DNA of 32,000 nucleotides from an uncultured Candidatus Saccharibacteria bacterium (GCA_964543385.1 CAZIYE010000003.1:21590-53589), one strand, 5' to 3'. Positions 1-9,883 are shown, counted from the stretch's first letter. The notes: generated from the letters alone by a model not told the origin. Program-made: numbers and translations.

Positions 1-524
1 TCCCAATATTTTCTCGAATAAGTCATGCCATAATTTTCAAGCTGGCGTTTTCTGTAAATCCAGGCCAGACCTTCAGAGAAATCTGTTGCCTTTTCGAACT
101 CTGATTGACCGTTTTCGGTAACCAATGATTCACCTGTTTCGGTGCAAAATCCATAAGTTTGTTCAACTTTGCCAAACCCACCGTTCTTAGTTTGTTGAAA
201 ACGAACAATGCCATCATCAGAAAAATTGGAAAATCTCTTTTTCTGCCCGGCAAATGTTTCCACCGGCTGACCATCCTTATCAATGATCTTTGAGATCATA
301 CCATCGGGAATTGCAGTCATACCAAGATGAAATCGGTATTGCCTTGGATCATCGTCGGCCGATGTAAGCTTTCTCAAAATCACCGTGCCATCAGTTCTTA
401 AAAATGTAATTTTTCCTAATCTATTTACGGCTGCAACTCCTTCAGAAAACCGATCGGCCTTACCTGGATCAATTACTAGGATACGACCATCAGTCATATC
501 GGGATCTTTAATGAAATTCCCTTC
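1..524 (-). pseudogene. Continuation of the WG-repeat reading frame downstream of an in-frame TAG; open to the window edge
   Basis: Reverse-strand translation in the same frame as the 525-791 ORF gives GNFIKDPDMTDGRILVIDPGKADRFSEGVAAVNRLGKITFLRTDG...MISKIIDKDGQPVETFAGQKKRFSNFSDDGIVRF...ATDFSEGLAWIYRKR, with WG-repeat signatures (DFSEGLAW, IDKDGQPV) and no further stop. Confidence 0.7.
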
Positions 525-791
525 CTAATCGACATAAACATCGCAGACTTTTCGCCTTGCTAGCGCACAGCCGTCATAAAAATCACCAACATAGTCTAGT
601 TCAAGCTTTTTCGACAGCCCCTGTCGCAGTTTGAGGTTGTATGGATATATGTTTTCAATCTCGACGATTGTATTCTGAATTTCCGAAATCAAAAACTGCG
701 CCTTGTCGATATTACCAGGCCGAGGATCAAGCAATATATCCTTTTGGCTAGATATTGACTGAATAAATTTTGTGACTTCTTGGCAATTCAT
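525..791 (-). CDS. N-terminal part of a WG-repeat protein of the shared N-terminus family, ending at an in-frame TAG (array member 13)
   Basis: ORF MNCQEVTKFIQSI...LRQGLSKKLELDYVGDFYDGCALARR; C-x-x-V-T motif; the frame continues as WG repeats after TAG at 525-527. Confidence 0.75.
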   Translation of the reverse strand: MNCQEVTKFIQSISSQKDILLDPRPGNIDKAQFLISEIQNTIVEIENIYPYNLKLRQGLSKKLELDYVGDFYDGCALARRKVCDVYVD

Positions 792-795
792 AGAT

Positions 796-2232
796 CTATT
801 TTACCTCAATTAGCTTGGTTTTGCTTGAGGTTGCCCGATTATTTTCAGCTGGAACAGGTACACGCATCAAAACAACACCGGTAATCTTGCGATCCATTTT
901 CACTCTTTTTTGCGCTTCTTCATAAGTTAAGTTTGGTGCTTCCAGAATCACAACACCGCCATCCATTTGGCTACAGAAATCACCATCAGGAATTGCTCGT
1001 AAGACCATGATGCCATCTTTTAGTCCTTTAGTTGGGTCACCAGAAATATTTGAGAGATCATCGATGACACAGAGGCCACGTTCTTTTTTCTTCCAATTTA
1101 GTAATTCATCTTCACTAGAAATAATTGGCGGATCTTCGTTTTCCAAATAATCGTAATATCCACGATTTTCGTCATAGCCATAAACCGGTTTTGTGAATTT
1201 ATCCTTAGTCTTCTCGGCCGGATCGGTAGTATCCTCCCTGGGCTGATTTATCAGGACTGTATAGTCAGGATCAGCAATGAGACGGGGGTGCATTGAACGT
1301 GTAAATATGATCGCTCCACCAGTTTTATTGTATGGTAAATGATAATAATAATCACCGATTATAAAAATCGCTCTGCCCGAACCGTTGGCCATATCTCCGC
1401 CAGTGCTTCCGGCCGTAAAGACTCCGCCGGAAGCACACCAACCAAATTTCTCACCGGCTCCTCTTGTATAGATACGGCCTCCTCGCATCAACATGCCAGT
1501 AACTTCGCCAATACTGTCAGCGTGGATCTCACCCCCCGACATTTGCATTGCCGTCATATTACCAATATTTTCTGCTTGAATTTGTCCTCCAGACATATAT
1601 TTTGCGCAAAAATTCCCTATGGATTCAGCCCTAAAAATACCCTTGCCCATATTGAGACCTGTATAATCGCACTTGTTTCGCCCCGAGTAACTGCTTTTCA
1701 CTTCTACATCTGAATTTGATTTGATCAAAGTATTTATAACCGCCGCTTTTATTGCGTCGATCAGCTCGTCTGTTTTGCTTTTTCGATCCTTCTCATCTTC
1801 AATATTTTCAAATAGCTTCCTCAATAAAACCTTATATTCGGAGTCATCTGCCGGATTTCCCAGCTTGTCATAAAACTGATGGATTTCTGATTTGCTGGCT
1901 TTTATCGGTAGCGGGGTAAATAATGCTTGAACCAAAGCATAGTAGGCGGAATTGTCAGTATCAGTTATCTGTTCTTTTATTTGTGGCATCTTCAAAAGCT
2001 CAATCAAGGTTCTGCCGAATTGAGGATCATTTATCCTGTCCTCGACAGCAGAAAGAGAGAAGTTTTCTCGGATAAATTCTTTGACAATGCCCTCTAAATA
2101 TTCTTTGTCTTGAAATAAATCCTTGATCTGACCCTTGCCAGGCACAGCCGTCTCCAAATCACGACAAAATTTATCGCCAGTCCTGGCAATATTTGTCATA
2201 TCTAAAGTAATTGCCTCACAAAATGAATTCAC
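796..2232 (-). CDS. GXGXG/beta-helix (glutamate synthase alpha C-terminal-like) protein with the shared N-terminal motif (array member 12), GTG start
   Basis: ORF 478 aa; N-terminus SFCEAIT; repeated GG-motif strands (YMSGGQIQAENIGNMTAMQMSGGEIHADSIGEVTGMLMRGGRIYTRG); GGAGG RBS upstream of GTG. Confidence 0.75.
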   Translation of the reverse strand: MNSFCEAITLDMTNIARTGDKFCRDLETAVPGKGQIKDLFQDKEYLEGIVKEFIRENFSLSAVEDRINDPQFGRTLIELLKMPQIKEQITDTDNSAYYALVQALFTPLPIKASKSEIHQFYDKLGNPADDSEYKVLLRKLFENIEDEKDRKSKTDELIDAIKAAVINTLIKSNSDVEVKSSYSGRNKCDYTGLNMGKGIFRAESIGNFCAKYMSGGQIQAENIGNMTAMQMSGGEIHADSIGEVTGMLMRGGRIYTRGAGEKFGWCASGGVFTAGSTGGDMANGSGRAIFIIGDYYYHLPYNKTGGAIIFTRSMHPRLIADPDYTVLINQPREDTTDPAEKTKDKFTKPVYGYDENRGYYDYLENEDPPIISSEDELLNWKKKERGLCVIDDLSNISGDPTKGLKDGIMVLRAIPDGDFCSQMDGGVVILEAPNLTYEEAQKRVKMDRKITGVVLMRVPVPAENNRATSSKTKLIEVK

Positions 2233-2257
2233 ACTGTCCCTCCGTATATTTGTATCT

Positions 2258-3673
2258 TTATTTTACCTCAATAAGTTTTGTTTTGCCGTCTATTTCCCCG
2301 TCTGTAATTCTCATAAGAACCACTCCTGTAATTTTTCGATCCATCTTAACAATTTCTTGCGCTTTTTTATAGGTCAGGAATGGCACTTCCAAAATCACAA
2401 CGCCGCCCTCCATTTGAGCGCAGATCTCGCCGTCAGGGATAGCTCGCAAGACCATTATCCCATCTTTGAGTCCTGCTGTCGGATCCCCAGAAATGTTTAA
2501 AAGCTCATCGATGAGGCAGAGACCGATTTTCTTTTCCTTCCACTCTGCCAGTTCCTGATCGTTTTTGGGAGAAAATATCTCATTGCCATGCAGGTGTTCA
2601 ATGTATTGCCCTTTTTCATCGTCATAACCGAAGATTTCCCCCTTCGTTTTTAACTCTTTTATCTGTTCCTTGCCAGAAATATTGAGACGGTTCACCAGTG
2701 CTGTGTACTTAATATCTGGCTCCAAGATATTGGCCACAGTAGTTTCGTTTGCAATAAAAACGCCCGATCTTTTCATCATCGGCAAGTCAAAAGCATGTCC
2801 AATGATAAAAATTGAATCGCTCGAGGAATTTCCTGCCGGATGATTAGCATAATCAGCAAAAAACACTCCGCCGCCGGCTATCCAGCCAAATTTTTCTCCG
2901 ACTGATCTAGCATAAATACGACCACCGTCCATCATCATGCCGGCACCATCGCCAATATTTTCACAATGAATTTCGCCGTCTTTCATAAATTGGGCGGCCA
3001 TATTTCCCACAGATTCTGCCTCGATCCGGCCACCCTTCATCGCATAGCCACAATGATCGCCGATGCTTGGCATTTTGATCAATCCTCTGGTCATATTAAA
3101 GCCAATGTAATCGCTCTTTTTTGTAGTTGATCCCTTATCTCCAATCTCAAGACGACCCTGGCTTTCCAGTACTCGATGGATTAGGGCAGTTTTCAAAGAA
3201 TCAATCAACTTCTTGATCTTGCTCTCATCACTCTTCCCCTCAACCTCGGGATATGCCAAAGCGACTACCTCCCGCAGCTTTTCATCCCATCTCATTCTCT
3301 TATAAAAATCATCCAATTCGTCAGCACTGTCGCTCTGAAGTAAGATTGGATATCTGGCAAAGACAAATTTGACCAAACTGTAAAGATTGACTTCATCTTT
3401 CTCAATATTTCGGATCACTTCTTCCTCCTTGAGCAGTTCGCCAAAGAGCCGCCAGTTGTCCGGATTTTCGATTCTCTCCAGATAGCCATTGACTGAAAAC
3501 TTATTTTTCATATATTCCGCCAAGTGCTCTTGAAAGAATTTTTGCATTTCCATGAGCTCAGCGACCTTGCCCTCGCCGGGCTTGGCAGCTCGTAAATCAT
3601 CACAAAAATACTGACCGGCTTCTGCGATCGTAAGTAAATCATTTGTCAGTTCTTCACACAAAGAATCAAACAC
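2258..3673 (-). CDS. GXGXG/beta-helix protein, close paralog of the previous gene (array member 11), GTG start
   Basis: ORF 471 aa; N-terminus SLCEELT; YAMKGGRIEAESVGNMAAQFMKDGEIHCENIGDGAGMMMDGGRIYARSVG; same C-terminus VKMDRKITGVVLMR...TKLIEVK; RBS GGAGGGTGA-GTG. Confidence 0.75.
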   Translation of the reverse strand: MFDSLCEELTNDLLTIAEAGQYFCDDLRAAKPGEGKVAELMEMQKFFQEHLAEYMKNKFSVNGYLERIENPDNWRLFGELLKEEEVIRNIEKDEVNLYSLVKFVFARYPILLQSDSADELDDFYKRMRWDEKLREVVALAYPEVEGKSDESKIKKLIDSLKTALIHRVLESQGRLEIGDKGSTTKKSDYIGFNMTRGLIKMPSIGDHCGYAMKGGRIEAESVGNMAAQFMKDGEIHCENIGDGAGMMMDGGRIYARSVGEKFGWIAGGGVFFADYANHPAGNSSSDSIFIIGHAFDLPMMKRSGVFIANETTVANILEPDIKYTALVNRLNISGKEQIKELKTKGEIFGYDDEKGQYIEHLHGNEIFSPKNDQELAEWKEKKIGLCLIDELLNISGDPTAGLKDGIMVLRAIPDGEICAQMEGGVVILEVPFLTYKKAQEIVKMDRKITGVVLMRITDGEIDGKTKLIEVK

Positions 3674-3689
3674 TCACCCTCCAAAATAT

Positions 3690-5048
3690 TTATGAGAAAA
3701 CCCGTCTGCCTTTTTTATCGATATAGAACATATTATTATGGCCGTCGCTTAGAATTTTTCCGACCAAGGCAACACCGTCTTTAAACGGCTGTGCTGTTGT
3801 TATTCTCTCGTCAGATTCAATAATGCTTCCGTCTAATGTGATCAACTCCTGCTCACGTACGGTTGTTTGCAGTGCTCTCCCGTCTGATGTCGTGAAATTA
3901 AATTGTTCGCTAGGGCCACTAACAAATCCTAAACCTTCAGAAAAATCATGTATCACAAATCGCTCTCCTTCTCTCTCCAAGAGTATTTTTCCTGTAATGT
4001 CGACTAGGTGGTAGGAGCATATCTGTGGAGGCCCATTACTAATAGTCTTCTCAAAAAGTAGTAAGCCATCCTTTATTTTGCTATGAATAGGATTTATTTT
4101 TCCAAGAGACTCCGTCTGAAATTCACGAATAATTTTCCCATGAATATCAATAAGAAGGGTTTTCCCGTCCGCTGTTTGCACAAAAGCACGATCTTGGTAA
4201 AAATCAGTGGCACTCTCGAATCCTTGACCAAGTACACCTTCATTAAGATTTTCGCCTTTTTGATTTATAAAGTACCAAGAATTATTCGATCTATTTTTTC
4301 CAAATCGATCGCAAACTTTAGCAATACCGGTGTTTAGGTCACCCATACCATCTTCGAAGAATTTACTCGGATCTTTTGGTATCCTTTCCCCACTCGGAGC
4401 AACATGCCAAGCGCCAAAATCCGGCGTATGCAGCCCCAGATACCCAGAACCGCTCCAACGATCATCCATAATTCTCCCTATATCGATCGTCCTAATCTCA
4501 TTTCCTTTGTAATCAATCAGATGATATTTTTGTTTCTCCTCTTGCCCATGATAGCGAACAAGCGCCTGGCCAAATTTATATGAATTAGCTTCTCTATAAT
4601 TTTTATCGTCAATTCTTTTTCCATCAACATCGATATAATAATGTCCTTTTTGACCGCCAGAGGCTTCAATTGAAACCAACGCCAATCCTTCAGAGAAGTC
4701 CGAAATTTTGCATTTCTTGTCATTATCTTCAGAGAAAATGACCTCTCCTTTTTTATTAATCAAAATCTCGGGAGATTCTAGGCCTTCCAGTTTAAAAACG
4801 GCTTTTGCTAGTCCATATTCATTGAACTTTCCGACAAAAGAATAACCTTTTTCTTTGGCGATTCTATCTCGTAGCTCAACTTGGTCGCTGTCTAAAAATT
4901 CTAGAAGCTCTGCAATTTCCGATCTTATCTGTCTTTTTGTTTCCAAAGCAAGATTGAGCGGATTATTTTCGGTGACAACTAAACCAGGCGCGGTTCGAGC
5001 GACTTTTTTTATAAGATTCGTATAGTTTTCACAAGTTGGTGTAAACAT
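3690..5048 (-). CDS. WG-repeat protein with the shared N-terminal motif (array member 10)
   Basis: ORF track gives 3690..5051 but that first M is a TTG; ATG at 5048 follows. PTCENYT motif; WG-type repeats (FSEGLALVSIEASGG...YYIDVDGKRI, HDFSEGLGFV); C-terminus YIDKKGRRVFS. Confidence 0.8.
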   Translation of the reverse strand: MFTPTCENYTNLIKKVARTAPGLVVTENNPLNLALETKRQIRSEIAELLEFLDSDQVELRDRIAKEKGYSFVGKFNEYGLAKAVFKLEGLESPEILINKKGEVIFSEDNDKKCKISDFSEGLALVSIEASGGQKGHYYIDVDGKRIDDKNYREANSYKFGQALVRYHGQEEKQKYHLIDYKGNEIRTIDIGRIMDDRWSGSGYLGLHTPDFGAWHVAPSGERIPKDPSKFFEDGMGDLNTGIAKVCDRFGKNRSNNSWYFINQKGENLNEGVLGQGFESATDFYQDRAFVQTADGKTLLIDIHGKIIREFQTESLGKINPIHSKIKDGLLLFEKTISNGPPQICSYHLVDITGKILLEREGERFVIHDFSEGLGFVSGPSEQFNFTTSDGRALQTTVREQELITLDGSIIESDERITTAQPFKDGVALVGKILSDGHNNMFYIDKKGRRVFS

Positions 5049-6370
5049 CAACTAAATACCCTTCTACCTTTTTTATCGATATAGACTGGATGACTAACTC
5101 GAAATCCATTCTTATCTCTTTCTACTGGATCATCATACGTGAATTTGGCTACGCCATTTTTGAAACCTATTTCCAATCGAGTCACAGGCTCTTCAATTTC
5201 TGCGAAATTACCATAGGTATCAACAAGATAATTTTTGCCCTCATGGGCCATGAAACTCAATCCCTCATGAAAAGGAGAGAAAACTTGTTGGTATTCTCCC
5301 TGGATTAGGACATTTCCGTTTAAATCCATGACTGTTCTGCCCTGCGTTGCAAGATTGCCATTTCGGTTGATGAAAGTAATTATCCCTTCGGAATAGGTGT
5401 GGCTTGCCTGTACAACCGAGCCGAGCTCTGACCTGTGACCTACCTCTTTAATTTTATCGCCTTTTGAATTGATAATCAAAATGTGCCCTTGGACGGTTTC
5501 GATAAAGGCCCTGTCATTATAAAAATTTGAAATAGCACGAAAATTCAATGATAATACCCCTTCATCAAGACGTTTACCGTTTTGGTCAATATAATACCAA
5601 GTTTGCCGTTCATGATCCGTAACACGTCCGTCCTGGCCCTTACCCAATCGATCACAGACCTTTGCGATACCGTTGTTTAGGTCGCCAGCACCATCCTCAA
5701 AATATTTGCTGGGGTCACTCGGAATTCTTTCGCCATTCGGCGAAATATACCATATCCCAGAACCGCTCTGGTGAACTTTCAAATATCCAGCGTCAGAACC
5801 TTCGAAATAGGCTGCCTCTGGAAGTTCGAATTCCCTGATTTGATTTCCCAATAAATCAATTATGGCATGGTTTTTCTTATTTGTTTCCCCGCGATATCTA
5901 ACAACTGCTTGGCCAAATTTATATGGGTGAGCTTCTTGATAAACTTTACCATTTAACCGTTGTCCATCTTCTTTGATATAATAGCTACCATTGGTTGATT
6001 CAATAATGGCGATTCCGTCAAAGAATTCTTTTATCAAGAAACTGTCTTGTTCACTTGGTAATATCTTTTCCCCACGCGCATTGATCAATACAGATGCCGC
6101 CTTAAAATTAGTATCTAACCTGGCTATCGCTAACCCATGCTTATTGAACTTATCTACAAATTTATAGCCTTTTTCTTTTGCGATCCGATCCCGTAATTCA
6201 ATCTGATCACCATTCATGAATTCAAGACATTGGGCAAGTTCATTTTGTACTTGCTTTTTTGTTTCTATTGCTGATTTGATTGGATGATTTTCGGTGACAA
6301 CTAAACCAGGCGCGGTTCGAGCGACTTTTTTTATAAGATTTGTATAGTTTTCACAAGTTGGTGTAAACAT
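5048..6370 (-). CDS. WG-repeat protein with the shared N-terminal motif (array member 9)
   Basis: ORF 440 aa; PTCENYT; C-terminus YIDKKGRRVFS; its TGA stop overlaps the next gene start (TGATG). Confidence 0.8.
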   Translation of the reverse strand: MFTPTCENYTNLIKKVARTAPGLVVTENHPIKSAIETKKQVQNELAQCLEFMNGDQIELRDRIAKEKGYKFVDKFNKHGLAIARLDTNFKAASVLINARGEKILPSEQDSFLIKEFFDGIAIIESTNGSYYIKEDGQRLNGKVYQEAHPYKFGQAVVRYRGETNKKNHAIIDLLGNQIREFELPEAAYFEGSDAGYLKVHQSGSGIWYISPNGERIPSDPSKYFEDGAGDLNNGIAKVCDRLGKGQDGRVTDHERQTWYYIDQNGKRLDEGVLSLNFRAISNFYNDRAFIETVQGHILIINSKGDKIKEVGHRSELGSVVQASHTYSEGIITFINRNGNLATQGRTVMDLNGNVLIQGEYQQVFSPFHEGLSFMAHEGKNYLVDTYGNFAEIEEPVTRLEIGFKNGVAKFTYDDPVERDKNGFRVSHPVYIDKKGRRVFS

Positions 6371-6375
6371 AATAT

Positions 6376-7260
6376 CTAAACCTCACTTCCATCGAAAAAA
6401 TACCAGGCCTTTTCATGGTAAACGACAACCCCATCTGGATGTGCGCTGAAGGTTATATCCTCAGCGCCAAATTTATCCGTTAAATCAACAAGGACTTTTG
6501 TATTGTTTAAATAAATTTTTCCGTCACGCTTAATCAAAAAGCCCCTTGGATGACCGCGCCAGCTTGCTTTTTCGCCGGAATATAGGGCTTGGCCAGTATG
6601 CAAGCGAATTTCCAGATTATTCCAGTCCGAGTAGCCAAGCAATACACCTCTTTCTGTCACATCCCAATTCGACAATTCCATTGATACATTTGATATATTA
6701 CTTTTCTCAATCGGGATTGGATTATCTCTGTCGCCATTAAGAAGAAATTCATCTGTATTTTTGTTATAAACGACACAATCGTTGCCAAAGACACGAAAAT
6801 CAAATTGACCATTGCGATCACTAGTAAAAACCCTCTTTCGGCTTGCCCTATTAAACAAATAATCGAAGTCCATATGCGCATCAGTACTTTTATAAAAGAG
6901 GCTACTCGCCGAAGAGATAACTTGGTCTCGAGGTGCCTTAGATCCAAGCCCATGCCACTGTCCAAGCGGATCGACATAACGTATGCTATCACTATCAGAG
7001 ATCAATATCCCATCTTTAAAAGACTGCCAACTACTATACCTATTATTAGATCGAGCTATAACTTCGCCATTAGTATATTTTTTCCATTCACGATAATGGC
7101 GTTCAGAAAAATGTATCTCTAATAAATCTTCGAGCTCCTGTTTTATCTCTATCGCTTCCTCGACGATTTTGTTTATCGACAAAACATTTTTCATTTCACT
7201 ATCCGTGTCTTGCAGGCCCCTCAAAACGTTTGTAAATTTTTGGCAGTCATACCCAATCAT
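6376..7260 (-). CDS. Divergent/short WG-like protein with the shared N-terminal motif (array member 8)
   Basis: ORF 294 aa; YDCQKFT motif; ATGA overlap with the downstream-lying start/stop at 7257-7260. Confidence 0.65.
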   Translation of the reverse strand: MIGYDCQKFTNVLRGLQDTDSEMKNVLSINKIVEEAIEIKQELEDLLEIHFSERHYREWKKYTNGEVIARSNNRYSSWQSFKDGILISDSDSIRYVDPLGQWHGLGSKAPRDQVISSASSLFYKSTDAHMDFDYLFNRASRKRVFTSDRNGQFDFRVFGNDCVVYNKNTDEFLLNGDRDNPIPIEKSNISNVSMELSNWDVTERGVLLGYSDWNNLEIRLHTGQALYSGEKASWRGHPRGFLIKRDGKIYLNNTKVLVDLTDKFGAEDITFSAHPDGVVVYHEKAWYFFDGSEV

Positions 7261-8537
7261 GCGAATACCTTCCTGCCATTCTTATCAATGTAATATGTTG
7301 GCTGGCTCCATTGATCTTGGACTTTAGCCACGCCGTCGATGAATGGTCTGGCGTCAGCAAAATGCTTTGTACCAAAGGTACCATTTCCTGGGAAAAGCGC
7401 TTTGCCAACCTTGTTTATGTAAATACGGCCGCCATCTGTGTTGTCCTCGTTTACCCCTATATCTTCGGGTAAAACAACGCTTGCCCCTTCGTGAAAATCA
7501 TCCACCGAAATATAATTCGAAACACTAAAAGCTTCTCTCTCGTCGGTATCAATAAAAATATTCCTTGTAATATCGTTCTCATATTGATCTAGAGAATCTT
7601 CTCGGACAAGTGCCAAACCGTCACTAAAATCGTTCGCATCCGAATAAACTTCTCCTTCAGTGGAAAAGCTGCCAGTATCAGCGTTATATTTCAAGAAATA
7701 ATGTCCTGTTTCAGAAATTTGATATCGAGCCATACCATCACGGAGCGGATGAATGTCTGTTACGGCCAATAAATTCAAGTCTGTTATGTTACCTTCTATA
7801 TCAACAGCAAACCAATCATTTGAAAAATCGCAATAAAAAGCGTAGTTTTCACTAAATTGAGTAAACTTTTCAACATTTTCAAGCACTAATTTTTCCTTGC
7901 CTGTTTCGTCGATAATTCTGTATTTATTATCTTCTTTTCTTGTCCAGGATCGCCCACAAGCAAAATCTGTCGCTAATTCATATTTATCATTCCATTCAGA
8001 ACCATCAGGATTAAGAAAAGTATATGTTTTACTGCCGCCGGGAGCAAAATTCCACACCAGTCTAGGAACGCTTTCACTGACGGAAACATAGTTTTTGGAT
8101 ATTTTTTCACCTTTCTGATCGACCAAAAAATAGCGATAGGTTCTCTCGGAAGTCATTTCGTCATCGCTAATATCATATTCACCAACAACACAAGTGCCTT
8201 TTTGAAATTTACCAAATGATGCAATTTGCTGGCCAATATAATCCTTGATCACCTCGCCTGAAGCCGAAACAAGGATATAGTCTTCGCCAGGTTTTCGACC
8301 AAAAGCTAATCCTTCGCTAAAATTTCCTAGCCAGGCAAGACCAAGATTTTTTGCAATTTTATCTCTTACGGTAATTTGATCAGGGTCGATTCTTTCTAGA
8401 AGGTGCTCGACTTCAGAATTAATTTCCTTGTATTTTCTCCATGCCTCAGCAATATTGCCTTCAGTAAAAATACCTTTGTATTCGGTAAAAAGGATCTTTA
8501 GCTGTCGTACCCCATTTGTCAGTGCATTACAATTCAT
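7257..8537 (-). CDS. WG-repeat protein with the shared N-terminal motif (array member 7)
   Basis: ORF 426 aa; MNCNALT; IAKNLGLAWLGNFSEGLAFGRK, DFSDGLALV, YYIDKNGRKVFA. Confidence 0.8.
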   Translation of the reverse strand: MNCNALTNGVRQLKILFTEYKGIFTEGNIAEAWRKYKEINSEVEHLLERIDPDQITVRDKIAKNLGLAWLGNFSEGLAFGRKPGEDYILVSASGEVIKDYIGQQIASFGKFQKGTCVVGEYDISDDEMTSERTYRYFLVDQKGEKISKNYVSVSESVPRLVWNFAPGGSKTYTFLNPDGSEWNDKYELATDFACGRSWTRKEDNKYRIIDETGKEKLVLENVEKFTQFSENYAFYCDFSNDWFAVDIEGNITDLNLLAVTDIHPLRDGMARYQISETGHYFLKYNADTGSFSTEGEVYSDANDFSDGLALVREDSLDQYENDITRNIFIDTDEREAFSVSNYISVDDFHEGASVVLPEDIGVNEDNTDGGRIYINKVGKALFPGNGTFGTKHFADARPFIDGVAKVQDQWSQPTYYIDKNGRKVFA

Positions 8538-8549
8538 ACTGTTTCATAC

Positions 8550-9860
8550 TTAGGCAAATACTTTCTGTCCCTTTTTATTAATATAATAAGGCTCACTATC
8601 TGGTTGATCTTGAACGCAGGCCATGCCATCTTGATATGGCCGTGCCTTGTAAAAATGCTTTGCGCCGTCAATCCCTTCGCCAGAGAAGAGCGGCTTTCCT
8701 TCAGTATTAATATACGTCCAGCCACCAAAACGATTATCAACATCGTCAAGATCTATCTGTACCGCCGCAGCACCTTCAGAAAAATCAGTAATAGAGAGGT
8801 AGGTCTCTAGAAAAGCTTGCTCCCCAGCCTTGTTGATAAAGTAATACTTAATAGGATTGCCTTCGACGCGAGAACCAACCGCAGCAAAACCACAAGAAAA
8901 ATCACCGGCCTCTTCAAAATACTCAGCCTCATCCTCGGATTTGCCTTTGTTCAAATCGTCGAGACCAGCATTCGCTAGTGTCGCATAGCTAAAAAATCTA
9001 TTGTTTCCCGTGACATGCTTGTATTCCCTCCTAATTATGCCCTCCGACAGTCTGTGCAAATCCTCACCACCAAACCAATATTGAGGCAACAAATTTCCCT
9101 GTTGGTCAAAGCATTGCCAAAAAGGAGCAAAACCACGTTCTTTGACTTGTACAAACGAATATCCCTCTGAGAATGGTTTAACTTTTAGATATTTACCTTG
9201 ATGAAGCATGTTGCCGCTTTCATCAATTAATTTATATGGCCCGTTTTCTTCAATCTGGACCCAGGCTCGGTTATCATTAAAAGAAGTAGCGAAGAAAAAT
9301 GAATCCTCGCCATCTACGATAATTTTTTCTCCATCATGCTTAACAAGCGACCATTTATTTTTCAATGTGTCATTCTTTTTTGCCAAATAAATACCACTAT
9401 CTGAAAATTCAACTTGAGCATACCAGTCTCTGCCTAATTTTCCGCTCGAATCAATAATTGACCACTTGGGAAGCGGACCTCTTATTCCAACATATTGAAC
9501 CCATGCTAAACCATTTTTGAATGGCTTGGCATAAATAGCAGGAATCGTTTCGTCTGAAAAGTGAAGGACAATCTCAGCGTTTTCATTCACCAAACTTACC
9601 ATTTTTTCGTGTTGTTCTCTTCCCCAAGCCAAGCCCTCGCTAAATTTATCAAGCCAAGATAAACCAAGTTCTTTAGCAATTCGATCTCTTTTCCTAATCT
9701 GATCGGGCTCTGTTTCTTCAAGTAAATATTCTGATTTTGAATAAATCTCTTTTTTATCATGAAGAGCATCGGCAATTTGCCTGCTATTAAAATAACTCTC
9801 AAGAGATTTAAGAATTTTCCGAATTTCTACTATTCCCTTTGTTATCCCCTCACAATTCAT
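8550..9860 (-). CDS. WG-repeat protein with the shared N-terminal motif (array member 6)
   Basis: ORF 436 aa; MNCEGIT; IAKELGLSWLDKFSEGLAWGRE, FKNGLAWVQ, YYINKKGQKVFA; full-length similarity to 7257-8537. Confidence 0.8.
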   Translation of the reverse strand: MNCEGITKGIVEIRKILKSLESYFNSRQIADALHDKKEIYSKSEYLLEETEPDQIRKRDRIAKELGLSWLDKFSEGLAWGREQHEKMVSLVNENAEIVLHFSDETIPAIYAKPFKNGLAWVQYVGIRGPLPKWSIIDSSGKLGRDWYAQVEFSDSGIYLAKKNDTLKNKWSLVKHDGEKIIVDGEDSFFFATSFNDNRAWVQIEENGPYKLIDESGNMLHQGKYLKVKPFSEGYSFVQVKERGFAPFWQCFDQQGNLLPQYWFGGEDLHRLSEGIIRREYKHVTGNNRFFSYATLANAGLDDLNKGKSEDEAEYFEEAGDFSCGFAAVGSRVEGNPIKYYFINKAGEQAFLETYLSITDFSEGAAAVQIDLDDVDNRFGGWTYINTEGKPLFSGEGIDGAKHFYKARPYQDGMACVQDQPDSEPYYINKKGQKVFA

Positions 9861-9883
9861 ATGATTATTCTACCTCAAGATAT

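Noticed and set aside
23-283. Track ORF of 86 aa (MIRMVSRWKHL...)
   Set aside because: Wrong frame: the overlapping minus-strand frame encodes WG-repeat sequence continuous with the 525-791 gene.
525-527. TAG reassignment to a sense codon genome-wide
   Set aside because: The neighbouring gene ends in TAG at 796-798 in a normal position, and reading through there leads out of frame of the next gene; a local mutation or local readthrough is more plausible.
3690-5051. MM start (5051) in the track
   Set aside because: First codon is TTG; ATG at 5048 overlaps the preceding TGA (TGATG) and matches the paralog start exactly.
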